In this document: piece by piece, positions 6,381 to 7,025 of the stretch | Layout: every line of letters begins with the position of its first letter | Numbering within the stretch: the first letter of the stretch is position 1 | Assembly (NCBI GenBank): GCA_051294375.1 | Contig: JBJCIZ010000085.1 | Span: 1 to 7,025 of the forward strand | Length of the DNA stretch: 7,025 nucleotides | DNA from: Paraspadella gotoi | Taxonomy: Eukaryota > Animalia > Chaetognatha | Direction: 5' to 3' | Made by a program: the position numbers and the translations under genes | Notes under the pieces: generated by a model | The model's input: only the letters and a program-made list of their open reading frames with translations | Told to the model about the DNA's origin: nothing | Database searches by the model: none

Positions 6381-7025
6381 AGATAAGGGTTAAAATTCTG
6401 GTTTACTTTAACTTCAATTTAAATCATAGAGTGATCATTGCACATTATATTGATTTAATTTTTGTGCGTAAGGCCAAGCAAGAGACTACTGTATATTAGA
6501 GTGGAGCACGGGGGAACATAAATTTTATTTGAGTGATCAAACAAGTATATTTAGACGTGATTAAGGAGTACAAAAAATATTTTGCTTATATTGTTTGGGG
6601 AATAGTATCATTAATTACAATATATTTATAGTAATATTCTTATAAAATCATAAATTTTCAAAATAATTTTTTTTTAAATTTTTATTAAAGATTCTGATTC
6701 TTCACAAAAAGTTAGATCAAAAAAATAAAATATGTTATTAAAAATTTCAATGTCTTCAGTGTCAAAAATGGAAAAAAGTCAAATTCTCTACTTTTTTACA
6801 CTTTGTAGTAGAAACTATTATATGATGAAACTTTTTAATCATTTTTCGCAGCTTTAACCTAAAAATATCATGTAATATATTTTACAAAAGTTTTTCAGTT
6901 TTCGAATCCAAAACTCTTTTTTAAAATTAAGAAAATATTTTTTTGAAATTTTATGATTTTATAAGGACATCGAAGATGGCATCGCAATCAAAGAGAAAAT
7001 ATTGGAATCGAATCAGAACCAAACC
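6381..7025. mobile_element. Long imperfect palindromic element B, related to element A; right end probably beyond the window
   Basis: It starts TTAA|AGATAAGGGT, the same 14-mer as 1817-1830. The palindrome CTTATAAAATCATAAATTTTCAAAAA (from 6639) / TTTTTGAAATTTTATGATTTTATAAG (to 6965) is centred near 6802 (TACA-CTT-TGTA). The arm motif TTTTTAAATTTTTATTAAAGATTCTGAT..AAAGTTAGAT (6671-6717) matches the reverse complement of 2254-2302 in element A. Confidence 0.65.

Noticed and set aside
5729-6393. ORFs spanning the N runs
   Set aside because: They are open only because N codons contain no stops.

Overview
AT-rich, gene-free eukaryotic DNA (probably an invertebrate animal; inference) made almost entirely of nested and abutting transposon remnants, with three N gaps (1886-1910, 5768-6054, 6179-6336). 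No intact protein-coding gene is present, and none of the supplied ORFs is credible. From left to right: (1) a Penelope-like element (PLE) remnant on the minus strand, recognisable from the GIY-YIG endonuclease C-terminus WFSRGIREAVYIKALEPSLNHDGGRFDLPPNYD in a frame the ORF track missed, fused to a minimal hammerhead ribozyme motif on the opposite strand (372-414); (2) a diverged minus-strand 5' fragment of a DINE-1/HINE-type (Helentron-associated) element (~490-676); (3) a long imperfect palindromic element starting TTAA|AGATAAGGGT at 1821, interrupted by (4) a ~3.1-kb apparently complete non-autonomous DINE/HINE-like element (2383-~5525) with subTIRs, a 5' hairpin, (GTCY)n, internal repeats and a 3' stem-loop, flanked unusually by a 53/54-bp direct duplication of the target; (5) a TIR/foldback element (5711-6376) that shares a TTAA with (6) a second related palindromic element starting TTAA|AGATAAGGGT at 6381. 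I did not find a convincing new protein-coding system. The best leads are the long target duplication around a rolling-circle-type element, the inverted hammerhead/PLE junction, and a GC-rich structured island inside the HINE.
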